DNA of 47,931 nucleotides from Mariprofundus sp. (GCA_027019785.1 JALUWF010000072.1:1-47931); one strand, 5' to 3'; positions 18,622 through 29,389 are shown, counted from the first letter of the stretch. Numbers and translations: made by a program. Notes: a model not told the origin generated them from the letters alone.

Positions 18622-20883
18622 ATGATGGAGCAGCAGAAGAGTTCGCAGAAATGGTATGATCGGTTTTCGGTGGCGCAACGATTGATGGCGGTGGGCGTAT
18701 TGACGGCGCTGGCGGTGGTGCTGGCCGGGCTGGTGCATAATCGAGCCATGGCGTCGCTCGAAAAAATTGACGCTCAGATGTTTAACCTGTCAAAATCTAT
18801 GGAGTCGCTGGACGGACTGGCTGAACAGACCAAGTGGCAGTACGCCGATGGCTTGCGACTGGCGACCGGATCAAAAGCCCTGGACAAGGATTATGCGGCA
18901 CTGGATAAGCAAAATAGAGATGCGATCGCCGGGTTGAAAAAGAGTTTGCCTACAGCGGAGCTGCGCCAACAGGTGGCAGAATATGAGAGTACTTTTCACG
19001 ATTTTGAAAAAAATATTGCCAACTATGCAGCGCAGAAAAAACTTTTGGGATTGAGTGAGAAAGACGGCTTGCGGGGCAAACTGCGCGATGCGGTTCACAA
19101 GATTGAACATCACCTGAAACAGCTTGGCGGTGATAAGAAAATGATTTCCATGCTGATGATGCGTCGTCATGAGAAGGATTTTATCATTCGTGGTAAACCC
19201 AAATATATCAATGAATTGCAGGATGAAGCTAATCATTTCCGTGAACTGCTGAGTGCTTCAGGCGCATTGTCAGGCACAGATCGTCTGGCCATGGAGCGTG
19301 AGTTGTCCACCTATATGGACAGCTTTAATTCCTATGCGGCCAAGCGCATTGATATGGTCAATATCCAGAAGAGTTTCATTCAACTCTTCAATCAAACCTT
19401 GCTGCCAACGATGGAAAAGATGGATACAGGCCTGAGAGCGCAGATCGATGCCAAACGGGCTGAGGTGAGGGATATTCACGATCATCAGGGGCTTCAGTTC
19501 TGGGGCATCAGCATGGGGTTGTTGCTGATCATTCTGCTGCTGCTGTACGCTATTATTCAATCGATTCTGTCGCCGCTCAGGCAGGTGGCGGCGGCCATGG
19601 ATGCGCTCGATGATGGCGACACCTCCATTGACCTGGATGTGCATATGACTGGCGCGATTGGCACGGTAGTGGAGGCTTATGATAAACTGAAAGCGACCAG
19701 CAAGCATGCCTTCCAGTTGCAACGAATTGTGGAAACCACGCCTGCAGCCACCATGCTGGCCAATACCAGCGACCTGACGATCTCTTATCTCAACCCGGCG
19801 GCGCTAAAGCTGTTCCGTAGCATTGAAGGTTTCCTGCCATGCCGGGCCGATGAACTGGTCGGCAAGTGCATCGATATTTTTCACAAAGATCCTTCGCATC
19901 AGCGCCAGTTTCTGGCAAACAGGAGTAATCTGCCGGCCAAAGCCAATTTTATAGCGGCTGATCGGCATATCGAATTCGAAGCCTTCCCCATTGATGATAA
20001 CAGCGGTAACTGGGTCGCTATCATGGTGAACTGGGTGGATGTGACTGAACGCCAGAAACTGGCCAATGAGTTTGAGGGCAATATCGGTTCTGTGGTGAGT
20101 GAAATCAAGGATTACGGCAATCGTATGGAGGAGGCATCGCAGACGTTGTCGGCCATGGCTGAGCAGTCTACTGCGCAGGCCGAATCGGTATCCGGAAGCG
20201 CCCAGGAGGCCAGCTCCAATGTGGTGACGGTGGCCTCGGCGGCAGAAGAGCTCTCTGCCTCGATTGCGGAGATTACTCGTCAGGTGCGTGAAGCGGTGGA
20301 TATTTCGCATCAGGCCGTGGATGAAGCCAACAAGACCAATGAGACGGTGGGCAGCCTCTCCTCTGCATCCGAGCAGATTGGCGAAGTGATCCGGGTGATC
20401 ACGGATATCGCAGAGCAGACTAATCTGCTGGCGCTAAATGCCAGTATTGAGGCAGCCAGAGCCGGCGATGCCGGTCGGGGCTTTGCCGTGGTGGCTGGCG
20501 AAGTGAAGGAGCTGGCCAACCAGACGGCGCGGGCGACCGAGCAGATTTCCGAGCAGATCAGCCATATTCAGGGGAAGAGCACCGATGCGGCCAGTGCAAT
20601 CGGCAATATCAGCGAGATTATCGAGCGTATGAATGGGATCAATCAGGCGATTGCCGCCGCTACCGAGGAACAGAACGAAGCGACGCGCGAGATTTCCCGG
20701 AGTGTTCAATATGCATCCGATGCAACCCATCGCGCCAGCGAGGAGATTGGCGGGATAAGTGAATCTGCCGAAGAGACTGGCCGCGCGGCTGCGGGTGTTC
20801 TGAGCGTGGCTGAACAGTTAAGCGAGAAAGGCGGTGAACTGTCAAAGCGGGTGACCGATTTTTTGGGCGAATTGCGGCGCTAG
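18622..20883 (+). CDS. Methyl-accepting chemotaxis protein (helical periplasmic domain, HAMP, cytoplasmic Aer2-like PAS)
   Basis: Two TM helices, [28 protein letters not shown], hairpin [34 protein letters not shown]; RBS GGAGG. Confidence 0.93.
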   Translation: MMEQQKSSQKWYDRFSVAQRLMAVGVLTALAVVLAGLVHNRAMASLEKIDAQMFNLSKSMESLDGLAEQTKWQYADGLRLATGSKALDKDYAALDKQNRDAIAGLKKSLPTAELRQQVAEYESTFHDFEKNIANYAAQKKLLGLSEKDGLRGKLRDAVHKIEHHLKQLGGDKKMISMLMMRRHEKDFIIRGKPKYINELQDEANHFRELLSASGALSGTDRLAMERELSTYMDSFNSYAAKRIDMVNIQKSFIQLFNQTLLPTMEKMDTGLRAQIDAKRAEVRDIHDHQGLQFWGISMGLLLIILLLLYAIIQSILSPLRQVAAAMDALDDGDTSIDLDVHMTGAIGTVVEAYDKLKATSKHAFQLQRIVETTPAATMLANTSDLTISYLNPAALKLFRSIEGFLPCRADELVGKCIDIFHKDPSHQRQFLANRSNLPAKANFIAADRHIEFEAFPIDDNSGNWVAIMVNWVDVTERQKLANEFEGNIGSVVSEIKDYGNRMEEASQTLSAMAEQSTAQAESVSGSAQEASSNVVTVASAAEELSASIAEITRQVREAVDISHQAVDEANKTNETVGSLSSASEQIGEVIRVITDIAEQTNLLALNASIEAARAGDAGRGFAVVAGEVKELANQTARATEQISEQISHIQGKSTDAASAIGNISEIIERMNGINQAIAAATEEQNEATREISRSVQYASDATHRASEEIGGISESAEETGRAAAGVLSVAEQLSEKGGELSKRVTDFLGELRR

Positions 20884-20913
20884 GTCGCCATGGCGAATCG
20901 CAACAGCCATGCC

Positions 20914-20955
20914 CAGGTGCCAACAGGCAGGGTGCTAAACAGCCTGTTGCACCTG
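20914..20955. other. Intergenic stem-loop between the MCP and the channel-like gene
   Basis: CAGGTGCCAACAGGC ... GCCTGTTGCACCTG, 14 bp with one bulge; no U-tract. Confidence 0.5.
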
Positions 20956-21035
20956 CCCCAGGCGTATCTGTGCCATCGCCGGATTCATCATCGTCACGGC
21001 CAGTCTCACAGGCTGCTGTACGGCTGAATGCTACT

Positions 21036-24000
21036 ATGACCAAGACAAACGCTCATCCATCGCAGGCTAAGAACGCGGATCAGGCTCATGCGCAATCGGA
21101 CCGTCATTTGCCGGTCTGGCTGGCTGGCGGACGCAGCCGGCGGGCGTGGTTGTTGCTCGGTGAACGTGTATTTTCTCATCCACGTTATGCCCTGATGATT
21201 ATGGTGGCATTGGGATTGTGTGCCTTTGAACGCTATATCTGGGTGATGTTGCCGCTGGCCACATTCTTTACGCTGGAATGGACATTGCGGCTGTGGCTGC
21301 AAAAGGAAAATGGCTGGAATAACAAATCTGAACTGGCGTTTCTGATATTGGATGGCCTGGCCACCATCAGTCTGTTTGCCGCGCTGTTTATTCCTGCCAA
21401 TATCGCATCGCAAGGCTTTTACCTGCGACTGGCACGGTTGTTTCGCGGCATGTATCTGTTGCGCATGTTGCGCATTTTTCGATTTCTTACACATGATACA
21501 TTTGTCTATTCCTTGCCCTTCGCGCTGGTGGTGGTGGGGCTGGGCGGCATTGGGTTGGCGGTGGGCAGTGTCGGGCTATATGTCGGGATTGTGTTGTTGC
21601 TGGAGCTGCTGTGTCGCGCCGTATCGATTGCCAAAGTCTTGCCGGTGGGCGGGCGGCGCAAGGCGGAACAGGCTTTTTTACCACTGGATCTGATCGCCTC
21701 GCTGGCCGTGCTCGGCTTGATTCCGGGGCTATCGCCATTCTGGGTGCTGCTGCGTCTGGCACGCTTTCTGATTATGCTGAATCCGGTGGGCAATATCGCC
21801 AAGGCGGTCAATAAAGTGGCGCAGATGGCGGAAGTGCGCAGTGAAGTGGGCATGTTGATGGGCATGCTGACCACCTTGCTGGTGATGGGTTCATTGGCGG
21901 TGATTTATCTGTATCCGGGAATGGATATCAATGACGATGGTGCGTTGAATGTAGCTGATTATGCGCCGTTTCAGATTATTCTGTATGTGTTCCGTTTGAT
22001 TATGGATCCGGGTGCCGCGCCACCCGTGGCCTATTCGCCGTGGCTGGTGGTGCTGACGGTGGTGTTGGTGATGGCGGGCGTGTTTTTCTTCGCGCTATTG
22101 GTCGGCCTCGGTGCCAATGTGATGCAATATCTGCTGCTGGAACTCTCCAATTCTCCCTTGTCCCCACGCGAGCATATGTTGTTTGTGGGCGGTAACGGGC
22201 AGGCGGTGACAATCCTCAAACAACTGGATCGCTTGTGTGTACGAATGCGACGTTCATTTCCTTCCGTCTGGCTATTTTTCGGGGAACCGTTGCCCGAAGC
22301 ACGCACGGTTGGTCGCTGGCTGACGGTGCGGCAGGTGCACAGTGGCGAGCGCGGCTTGATGGCGCGATTTAATCTAAGTGGCATTCGCCAGTTGTTTTTC
22401 TTTATGCCTGCGGAGGGTGAGGAGAAACAACAGGATGTGGTGGATATGCACCATCTGAAACGGGATGCCAGGGTTGATGGCGTGGTAGTGGCGGATGCGG
22501 CACTGGCTCCGAGATTGCATACGTTGTATAGCGAATCCATGCAGATGCCTGTGCTGGATTCTGCCTCGGTGGCGGCGCGGATGTTGTATCAGATGCATCA
22601 TTGTGCACATATGCCGGCATTGGGGATGCAATTGCTTGATGTGGTGGACGGTGAAACCGGTTTGTTTGCCCTGAGCTGGGAGCTTGTAATTGCGCCGCAG
22701 GGTGGTGCGGTAATGATTAGCCATGCGGGGCGCAGTGTGGAATTGGAGCAATGGTTGACGCATTGCTTTGCTCAAGGTGTCAATTTCATGGCGGCGATAA
22801 ATGAAACCGGTGCACCGGTGCTGTTTTCTGATCTGATGCGTACCAAACAAGCGCAGACATTCAGTGATGTGATTGCCATTGGCAATACGCCGGCCTTGTG
22901 GGCGGGGATCATGAACCGGGCACTGGGGCTATCGGACGATGAGCATGATAATTTGCTCAAGGCATTCACATGGCCGGAGACCTGGGATTTATCCATGATC
23001 TTTCTTGGCTGGCATCACGGGCTGCCGGCCATGGTCGAAGAAATGGCGTTAAAGCATCATAAATTGACGGTGCATGTGTTCAGTACAGCAGATGAGATTG
23101 CGCTGACACGCGCCAATCGCCAATTGCATGATGTAGCTCAAGCTGCGGAAAACTGTACCTTAAAAGCCTCGGTGCATGCCTGGGATGGTATGGATACCGA
23201 GCCACTGGTGGCGCAGTTGCGTGGTTGCAAGGTGATGATGTTCTACCCTGAAGATCGGGGTGATGATAATGAAGATTCGGTGTTGGAGCTGTGGTATCAT
23301 CAGGTGGCGCGCATGCTGGCGGCGCGCAAGGCCAAGGCGAAATGGTGGACACCGCCGAAACTGATGGTGCTGCCCAGAAAGGGCGCACATGTGGGCGGCT
23401 TTGTGCAAGCTGCTTGCGATTATCAGCTGCTGGAAACGGATGTAGGTTCGCCGGATGCCTTCCATGATGTGCTGATGGCAAGACGTTTGCTTAATGAAGC
23501 ATGCAGGCACTTTGATGCCGAGGCCAGTGCCCAGCATGATAAAGTGTTTCGATTTATGGATGCCATGCTGGGTGACACGGTATTGGTGGAAAGTGTGGCT
23601 TCTGATCGGCTGCTGGATGAGAGCCATCATCAGACGGCAGACTGGGTATCGACTTACCGCGAATCGCTGCGGAGGGGCTGGTTGCTGATGGGCTATTTGA
23701 TGCCGCAGATGGGTATGCAGGAGCGCAATGCATTTGACATGCTGGATGGCGCGTTTCCTGCGCAACAAAAAGAGCATGTGAGTGGAATGTATTTGCTGGC
23801 CGGTGTTGCAGCATCAGAAATGGACTTGCCGCAAGAGAGTGCTGAATTGTTATTTTGCCGACGCGGCGTATTGGAACAGCAGGGTGGCGCGAAGACGAAG
23901 AAGAAAACGAAAAAAGTGATACCTGCTAAACAGGAAAAAGCCTCAGACGCGATACAGGAAAAAACACCACCGCAGAGGCGCGGAGACGCAGAGGAACGCG

Positions 24001-25100
24001 GAGAACCGAAGCATACGGAAGAAGCGAAGCCGGTTAAAAAAGAAGTGGTGGTCGAGGCAGAAACGGTGGCTAAATCTGTTCCTGCGGCGGTAGCCGCTCC
24101 TGCCGAAGCGGTAGCTACGGCAGAGGTGTTGAAAGAATCGGTGTGGCCACAGCAGGCTGATCCACAGTTGCTGCATGTGTTGCAGGTGCAGGTGGATGGA
24201 TCGGTGCAGATGCTGGAGCAAAGCAGTGAGGATGCATTGCTCAAATTGAGTGAAATCCTCGATATGGATGTTGATGTGGCGGTGCAAGATAAAATCATGG
24301 CGGCACTGACCCACTTGCAGAATATCGATCGGGTATCGCAACGCATGCATAACGTGACATATGTGTTGCAGGACTGGAGCAACGCCACACAGCCAACAGG
24401 GCGTGAGTTGGGCTGGATAGAAACGGTGAAGCAACGCTATGTGATGGAAGAAGAGCGCTTGGTGTTGAAGGATGTGTTGGCATCATCTGTAGCCGCTGTC
24501 GCAGCTACAGATGAGAGGCCGCCTTTGGCTGCAGAAGAAACGGAAACAGATGAAGCTGTAGTTGAGGAAATTGTTGAAGTCCCTGATGAAGAAGGCATAG
24601 AGGACACAGAGGACTTACAGGACGTATGTGAACCGGTTACCGAAGCAGTGCACGATGAAGTAGATGAAGTGGAAGCAGTTAAAAAAAAGGTTGTTTCGGC
24701 GTCAGCCGATTCTAGCGGAGCGTCAGCTCCGTTATTGGAGGGTGAAGTGATGGCAGATACAGTATGGCCGAAGGTTGCGGATAAGCGATTGATCAAGGTG
24801 TTGGAAAAACAGGTTGATGGATCGATGCAACTGCTTGAGCAGTCATCCGAAGATGGCTTGATCAAGTTGACCGAGATTCTGGATATGGGCGTGAGTACGG
24901 AAGTGGAAGATTTGATTATGGCGGCACTCACCGATTTGCAGAATATCGATCGGGTATCACAACGCATGAATAATGTGAAATCCTGTTTGCAGGATTGGGG
25001 CAAGGCGGCGCCCGATGCACCACCGGCACTGTGGAAAGATGAAGTTGAAAAACGCTATGTCATGGAAGAAGAACGGCAGGCGCTTAAGGAAGAGTTATGA
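21036..25100 (+). CDS. Large ion-channel-like protein (S4-like helices, CASTOR/POLLUX-like pore, two RCK-like domains) with two C-terminal CheZ-like repeats
   Basis: LRLARLFRGMYLLRMLRIFR and LLRLARF; FRLIMDPG followed by the GVFFFALLVGL helix; EHMLFVGG and MIFLGWHH; duplicated LQNIDRVSQRM...RYVMEEER. Start uncertain (20970 or 21036). Confidence 0.75.
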   Translation: MTKTNAHPSQAKNADQAHAQSDRHLPVWLAGGRSRRAWLLLGERVFSHPRYALMIMVALGLCAFERYIWVMLPLATFFTLEWTLRLWLQKENGWNNKSELAFLILDGLATISLFAALFIPANIASQGFYLRLARLFRGMYLLRMLRIFRFLTHDTFVYSLPFALVVVGLGGIGLAVGSVGLYVGIVLLLELLCRAVSIAKVLPVGGRRKAEQAFLPLDLIASLAVLGLIPGLSPFWVLLRLARFLIMLNPVGNIAKAVNKVAQMAEVRSEVGMLMGMLTTLLVMGSLAVIYLYPGMDINDDGALNVADYAPFQIILYVFRLIMDPGAAPPVAYSPWLVVLTVVLVMAGVFFFALLVGLGANVMQYLLLELSNSPLSPREHMLFVGGNGQAVTILKQLDRLCVRMRRSFPSVWLFFGEPLPEARTVGRWLTVRQVHSGERGLMARFNLSGIRQLFFFMPAEGEEKQQDVVDMHHLKRDARVDGVVVADAALAPRLHTLYSESMQMPVLDSASVAARMLYQMHHCAHMPALGMQLLDVVDGETGLFALSWELVIAPQGGAVMISHAGRSVELEQWLTHCFAQGVNFMAAINETGAPVLFSDLMRTKQAQTFSDVIAIGNTPALWAGIMNRALGLSDDEHDNLLKAFTWPETWDLSMIFLGWHHGLPAMVEEMALKHHKLTVHVFSTADEIALTRANRQLHDVAQAAENCTLKASVHAWDGMDTEPLVAQLRGCKVMMFYPEDRGDDNEDSVLELWYHQVARMLAARKAKAKWWTPPKLMVLPRKGAHVGGFVQAACDYQLLETDVGSPDAFHDVLMARRLLNEACRHFDAEASAQHDKVFRFMDAMLGDTVLVESVASDRLLDESHHQTADWVSTYRESLRRGWLLMGYLMPQMGMQERNAFDMLDGAFPAQQKEHVSGMYLLAGVAASEMDLPQESAELLFCRRGVLEQQGGAKTKKKTKKVIPAKQEKASDAIQEKTPPQRRGDAEERGEPKHTEEAKPVKKEVVVEAETVAKSVPAAVAAPAEAVATAEVLKESVWPQQADPQLLHVLQVQVDGSVQMLEQSSEDALLKLSEILDMDVDVAVQDKIMAALTHLQNIDRVSQRMHNVTYVLQDWSNATQPTGRELGWIETVKQRYVMEEERLVLKDVLASSVAAVAATDERPPLAAEETETDEAVVEEIVEVPDEEGIEDTEDLQDVCEPVTEAVHDEVDEVEAVKKKVVSASADSSGASAPLLEGEVMADTVWPKVADKRLIKVLEKQVDGSMQLLEQSSEDGLIKLTEILDMGVSTEVEDLIMAALTDLQNIDRVSQRMNNVKSCLQDWGKAAPDAPPALWKDEVEKRYVMEEERQALKEEL
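23968..24004 (+). repeat. Repeat arm D inside the coding sequence
   Basis: CACCGCAGAGGCGCGGAGACGCAGAGGAACGCGGAGA resembles the arm at 25510-25538; translated in frame as PQRRGDAEERGE. Confidence 0.75.
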
Positions 25101-25111
25101 ACGGAGGAGCT

Positions 25112-25489
25112 ATGAGCGGACCGAGGATATTAATTGTTGAAGATTCCACCATGGTGCGGATCACCGTAAAACGCACACTGGCGAGTGTTGATTTCAGTGT
25201 CGATGAAGCCAAAGACGGGCAGATCGGGCTGGATAAAGCCATGGCCAGCAGCGATAACCCATACGATTTGATATTGACTGATTTGAATATGCCCAACCTC
25301 GATGGATTAAGCATGATTCAGCAATTGCGCGAAACCGAGGCTTATGCCGATACGCCGATTGTGATGCTCACCACCGAATCCGGCGAAGAGAAAAAAGCGG
25401 TTGGTCACGGCTCCGGCATCTCCGCCTGGCTGGTCAAGCCCTTCGAGCCGGATGCCCTGATCGAAACCGTAGGCAGTATGTTGTTTTAG
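25112..25489 (+). CDS. cheY: Chemotaxis response regulator CheY
   Basis: Single receiver domain IVEDS, LTDLNMP, MLTTES, LVKPF; RBS GGAGG; precedes cheA. Confidence 0.9.
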   Translation: MSGPRILIVEDSTMVRITVKRTLASVDFSVDEAKDGQIGLDKAMASSDNPYDLILTDLNMPNLDGLSMIQQLRETEAYADTPIVMLTTESGEEKKAVGHGSGISAWLVKPFEPDALIETVGSMLF

Positions 25490-25509
25490 AGTCACAGGCT
25501 ACAACCTTT

Positions 25510-25656
25510 CACCGCAGAGGACGCAAAGGACGCGGAGGAAAGGCAAAAAAGATAAAATATGGAACCACTGATAAACGCAGATGAACGCAGATATAGGTCA
25601 TATGAAGACATGGAATGCTTTTGATTTTCTTTGCGCTCTTTGCGACTTTGCGAGAG
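25510..25656. repeat. Composite triple-unit repeat locus E between cheY and cheA
   Basis: Arms at 25510-25538 (CGCAGAGGA type), 25563-25592 (CGCAGATGAA type) and 25629-25656 (CTTTGCG type, nearly identical to 18421-18448). Confidence 0.85.
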
Positions 25657-25692
25657 TTCGTCTTTGATTTTAGTTTGGTTTAACAGGAGTTG

Positions 25693-28599
25693 ATGATGGA
25701 AATGGATGAGGAACTGCTGGCGGAGTTTTTGACTGAGAGCAACGAGAATATGGCTTCTATTGAAGAACAGCTCATGGAACTCGAAGCCAGCCCGGATGAT
25801 GAGGAACTGGTCAATGCTATTTTCCGAACTATTCATACGGTGAAGGGCAGTTGCGGTTTTCTGGGCCTGAAAGGGCTGGAGAAAACAGCCCATGCCGGTG
25901 AAAACCTGCTGGGTAAAATCCGTTCGCTCAAATTTCGGGTCAACGAAGATATCGTATCGCTGCTGCTCGCCTGTGCGGATGGCATCAATGAATATCTGCA
26001 GGGGCTGGAAGAGAGTAGCGCAGAGCCCGAGCTCGATCACAGCGCCCTGATTTCACGCTTGCAGGCAGCCGAACGACTGGTGGACAGCATGGCCGGGGCG
26101 GGGGTGGCGGCGCCGAAAGCGGAACCCGGTCGCGACGATCAGGATATTACGGTAGCGGATATCACGGTAGCAGACTGGGCGGGTGATTTTGATGCATCCA
26201 TTCAGGCGGCACTGATAGCGCAGGGCTGGCATACGCCAGAGCTGGTGATGGCGGCAGGCTTTGCGCCGCTGCGCGATCTGGATGCAGTGATGCCGGCAGA
26301 TGCGTTGAAGATTCTCGGTCTGGCCAAAAAACTGGTGGCTGCCGGCGGGGTCAGCAAGGCAAAACGAGATGCCAAACCCGAACCGAAAGCGGTGCCTGTT
26401 CCCGAGCCGGAAATAAGAACGGTAGAATGCACGGTGGAGCCGGAGAAGCAGCAGACGCCACAGCAGCAGGGCAGACCGGTACCTGTGCCGCCGGTGCAGG
26501 GCAAGGCGGTGAAGCCCAAGAGCGCGGGCAGTATCCGTGTGGATGTGGATTTGCTCGATGCTTTGATGAATCAGGTGGGTGAATTGGTACTGACCCGTAA
26601 CCGTCTGTTGCAGATGGTCAACGAATCCGGTTCGATGGAATTTATGCGCGTCGGTCGTGAAATTGATCAGGTTACCGAACGCCTGCAATCACAGCTGTTG
26701 CAGACCCGCATGCAACCGATTAAGACCATCTGGAGCAGCGTCCCGCGCGTGGTGCGCGAAATGGCCAAGTCTCTGAACAAGCGTATTGCTGTGGTGATGG
26801 AGGGCGAAGAGACCGAACTCGATCGCAGTATCCTCAACGCACTGAAAGATCCTTTGACCCATATTATTCGCAATAGCTGTGACCACGGCGTCGAGATGTC
26901 CGAGGCACGGCGAGCAGCCGGCAAGCCTGAACAGGGGGTGCTGAAGCTGGAAGCGGTCCAGGAGTCTGGGCATATTGTGATTACCATCAGCGATGATGGC
27001 GGCGGCATTGATGCGGCCCGGGTGAAGGCCAAAGCGGTCAGCATGGGAGTGATGAGCCAGGAATCAGCCGATGCCATGCCGGATCAGGCTGCTCTCCAGT
27101 TAATCTTTAATGCAGGGCTATCAACTACTGAAAAAGTAAGTCATTTATCTGGTCGCGGCGTTGGTATGGATGTAGTGAAAACATCTATTGAAAAAGTTGG
27201 TGGCAGTATTGATCTGACTTCAGAACTGGGCAAAGGTACGATTTTGCGTATTCGCATTCCGCTGACGCTGGCGATTATCTCGGCCATGATTGTGCGCTGT
27301 CTGGACAGGCGCTTTGCTATTCCGCAGATCAGTATTCGCGAACTGCTTAGCGCGCCGGCATCCTCAAACGACTGGCGCAGCATTGGCGGCCAACCGTTCT
27401 TCCGTTTGCGCGGACGACTGTTGCCGGTACTGGAGTTGGCATCCACGCTGAAGCTGGCTGAAGATGTGCCACATGCCGGCTCGATTGTGGTGATTGATAT
27501 CGGTGATCGAACCTTCGGGATTCTGATTGATGAAATTTTCGGTGCGGAAGAGATTGTGGTGAAGCCACTGGGCATCCATTTTCAGCATCTGGCGCAGTAT
27601 GGCGGCTGCTCTATTCTGGGCGATGGCAGTGTGATTCCTATTCTTGATTGCAATGGTCTGGCGCAGATGATGGAGCTGTCTGAAGAGGCGGATCATGCTA
27701 TGAATATAGCCGATAGCGAAGAATCATTCAGCCTGCATGATCTGCAGTATGTACTGGTCTTCCGTCAGGAGGATCATCGTTACGCCATTCCGATGGCGCT
27801 GGTGGAACGGTTGGAGAAGTTTCCACCCGAAAAAATAGAGTCGGCCGGTCCGAATGAGGTGTTGCAATATCGCAATGGGGAAGTGATTCCGGTATTGCGC
27901 TGGGGGGGATTGATCGGGTGCGGCAGTCATCCGGAAGAAGGTGAAGATGAGGTGTACGGGTTGATTCTCTCCGATGGTCATCATCGCATGTGTCTGCAGG
28001 TGGATGCCATCGTGGATATTCTTGAAATACCGCTGGAGATTAAAAAGCCGTCACAGGAAAAATATTTTCTTGGCACGGCTGTGATACTGGAACAGGCCAC
28101 CGAAGTGGTGGATGTGTTTGATATCATTAAGCAGGCGGTGCCGGACTGGTTTAATAAGTCGACCGGCGCAGAGGAGGAAAGCAAACGACAGAGTATTCTG
28201 TTTGTGGAGGATACGCCGTTCTTCCGCAATCTGGTGGTGCCGGTATTGCAGGCGATGAATTATGAGATCTGGACTGTGGCGGATGGCCGGGAGGCTTGCG
28301 ATATTCTGAAGGATAAAACGCCCGATATGATTCTCACCGATATCGAAATGCCCAACATGGACGGCTATGCACTGGCCGACTGGATTGCCGGACAGGCGCA
28401 TCTTAAAGGGGTGCCGGTGATGGCGCTAACCGCGACGCCACCGGATGAGCACGATGAACGCCGACGGAAATTCGATGATGTGCTGGTGAAATTTGATCGG
28501 CATTCTCTGGTGGAGCATCTGCAACGAACACTTGGTGCGCATGGCTCGGATAAATTAAGCAGCGTGGATGCGGATATTATAGCCGCTGATCAGGCTTAG
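25693..28599 (+). CDS. cheA: Hybrid chemotaxis kinase CheA (HPt, dimerisation, HATPase, two CheW, REC)
   Basis: IFRTIHTVKG, IRVDVDLLDALMNQVGELVL, HIIRNSCDHG, SGRGVGMDVV, two CheW-like domains, receiver FVEDT...LTDIEMP. Confidence 0.95.
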   Translation: MMEMDEELLAEFLTESNENMASIEEQLMELEASPDDEELVNAIFRTIHTVKGSCGFLGLKGLEKTAHAGENLLGKIRSLKFRVNEDIVSLLLACADGINEYLQGLEESSAEPELDHSALISRLQAAERLVDSMAGAGVAAPKAEPGRDDQDITVADITVADWAGDFDASIQAALIAQGWHTPELVMAAGFAPLRDLDAVMPADALKILGLAKKLVAAGGVSKAKRDAKPEPKAVPVPEPEIRTVECTVEPEKQQTPQQQGRPVPVPPVQGKAVKPKSAGSIRVDVDLLDALMNQVGELVLTRNRLLQMVNESGSMEFMRVGREIDQVTERLQSQLLQTRMQPIKTIWSSVPRVVREMAKSLNKRIAVVMEGEETELDRSILNALKDPLTHIIRNSCDHGVEMSEARRAAGKPEQGVLKLEAVQESGHIVITISDDGGGIDAARVKAKAVSMGVMSQESADAMPDQAALQLIFNAGLSTTEKVSHLSGRGVGMDVVKTSIEKVGGSIDLTSELGKGTILRIRIPLTLAIISAMIVRCLDRRFAIPQISIRELLSAPASSNDWRSIGGQPFFRLRGRLLPVLELASTLKLAEDVPHAGSIVVIDIGDRTFGILIDEIFGAEEIVVKPLGIHFQHLAQYGGCSILGDGSVIPILDCNGLAQMMELSEEADHAMNIADSEESFSLHDLQYVLVFRQEDHRYAIPMALVERLEKFPPEKIESAGPNEVLQYRNGEVIPVLRWGGLIGCGSHPEEGEDEVYGLILSDGHHRMCLQVDAIVDILEIPLEIKKPSQEKYFLGTAVILEQATEVVDVFDIIKQAVPDWFNKSTGAEEESKRQSILFVEDTPFFRNLVVPVLQAMNYEIWTVADGREACDILKDKTPDMILTDIEMPNMDGYALADWIAGQAHLKGVPVMALTATPPDEHDERRRKFDDVLVKFDRHSLVEHLQRTLGAHGSDKLSSVDADIIAADQA

Positions 28600-28606
28600 G
28601 GAGGCG

Positions 28607-29107
28607 ATGATGAGCGGATTGATGCCGGTTAAAAAAACGCAACAGGTTAGTGAACTGCTCACCTGCCGGGTAGGCCAGCAGTGGTTGGGTTTACAGGTTA
28701 AACAGGTTCGCGAGGTGGTGAGTCCGCAACCACGAACAGAGATGCCATTGGCGCCGGATGCGGTGATGGGGTTGATTAACCTGCGTGGACGGGTGATTAC
28801 GCAGCTGGATGTACGTAAAGTGATCGGTTTGCCGGCGCGCGAATCGGAAAGTTTTCGCGTTGCGATTGTGGAAACGCTGTCCGGCGAGGCTTTCGGGCTG
28901 GTGATGGATGAAGTTGGTGCGGTGATCGAGATGGATCTGGATATGTACGAGAAGACGCCCAAAACGCTGGACCGCATCTGGCAAGATGTCAGTGAAGGCG
29001 TGTTGAAACAGGATGATCGGGTGCTGGTACTGGTGGATGTGGAGCGCTTTATAGCCATGACTATTCCGCAGTTGAATGATTTGGATGAAGGCCGGGTACT
29101 GCATTAA
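28607..29107 (+). CDS. cheW: Chemotaxis coupling protein CheW
   Basis: VREVV, MPLAPDAVMGLINLRGRVIT, GLVMDEVGAV. Confidence 0.93.
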   Translation: MMSGLMPVKKTQQVSELLTCRVGQQWLGLQVKQVREVVSPQPRTEMPLAPDAVMGLINLRGRVITQLDVRKVIGLPARESESFRVAIVETLSGEAFGLVMDEVGAVIEMDLDMYEKTPKTLDRIWQDVSEGVLKQDDRVLVLVDVERFIAMTIPQLNDLDEGRVLH

Positions 29108-29128
29108 TGCAACAGGCAATTCAATTAG

Positions 29129-29204
29129 ACGCAGATGTACGCAGATAAACGCAGATAAGATTCTACATGAATGGTTTTCTTTGTGTCTCTGTGCCTTGGT
29201 GGTG
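29129..29204. repeat. Triple-unit repeat locus F
   Basis: ACGCAGATGTACGCAGATAAACGCAGATA (29129-29157) and the opposite-orientation arm CTTTGTGTCTCTGTGCCTTGGTGGTG (29179-29204). Confidence 0.8.
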
Positions 29205-29389
29205 CAAAAGATTTCGATTGCAGGTTTGAATGGTCAGGAGTGAAAGCACCAATGGTGACAAGCGAGGCCTCAGGTCCGCAGAAAAAATAAAACATCCAGA
29301 AAACATTTTCTCTAACCATCTAAATTTTTTAAAATATATTGTCTGTATCCCTAATCCGGCATAGCAGGAACCAAACAGGAAAATCTTGA

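Noticed and set aside
25492-26040. 182-aa minus-strand ORF
   Set aside because: Antisense shadow of cheA plus repeat-derived sequence.
26143-26172. 15-bp tandem duplication (DITVA x2) in cheA
   Set aside because: Ordinary slippage in a variable linker; no evidence of function.
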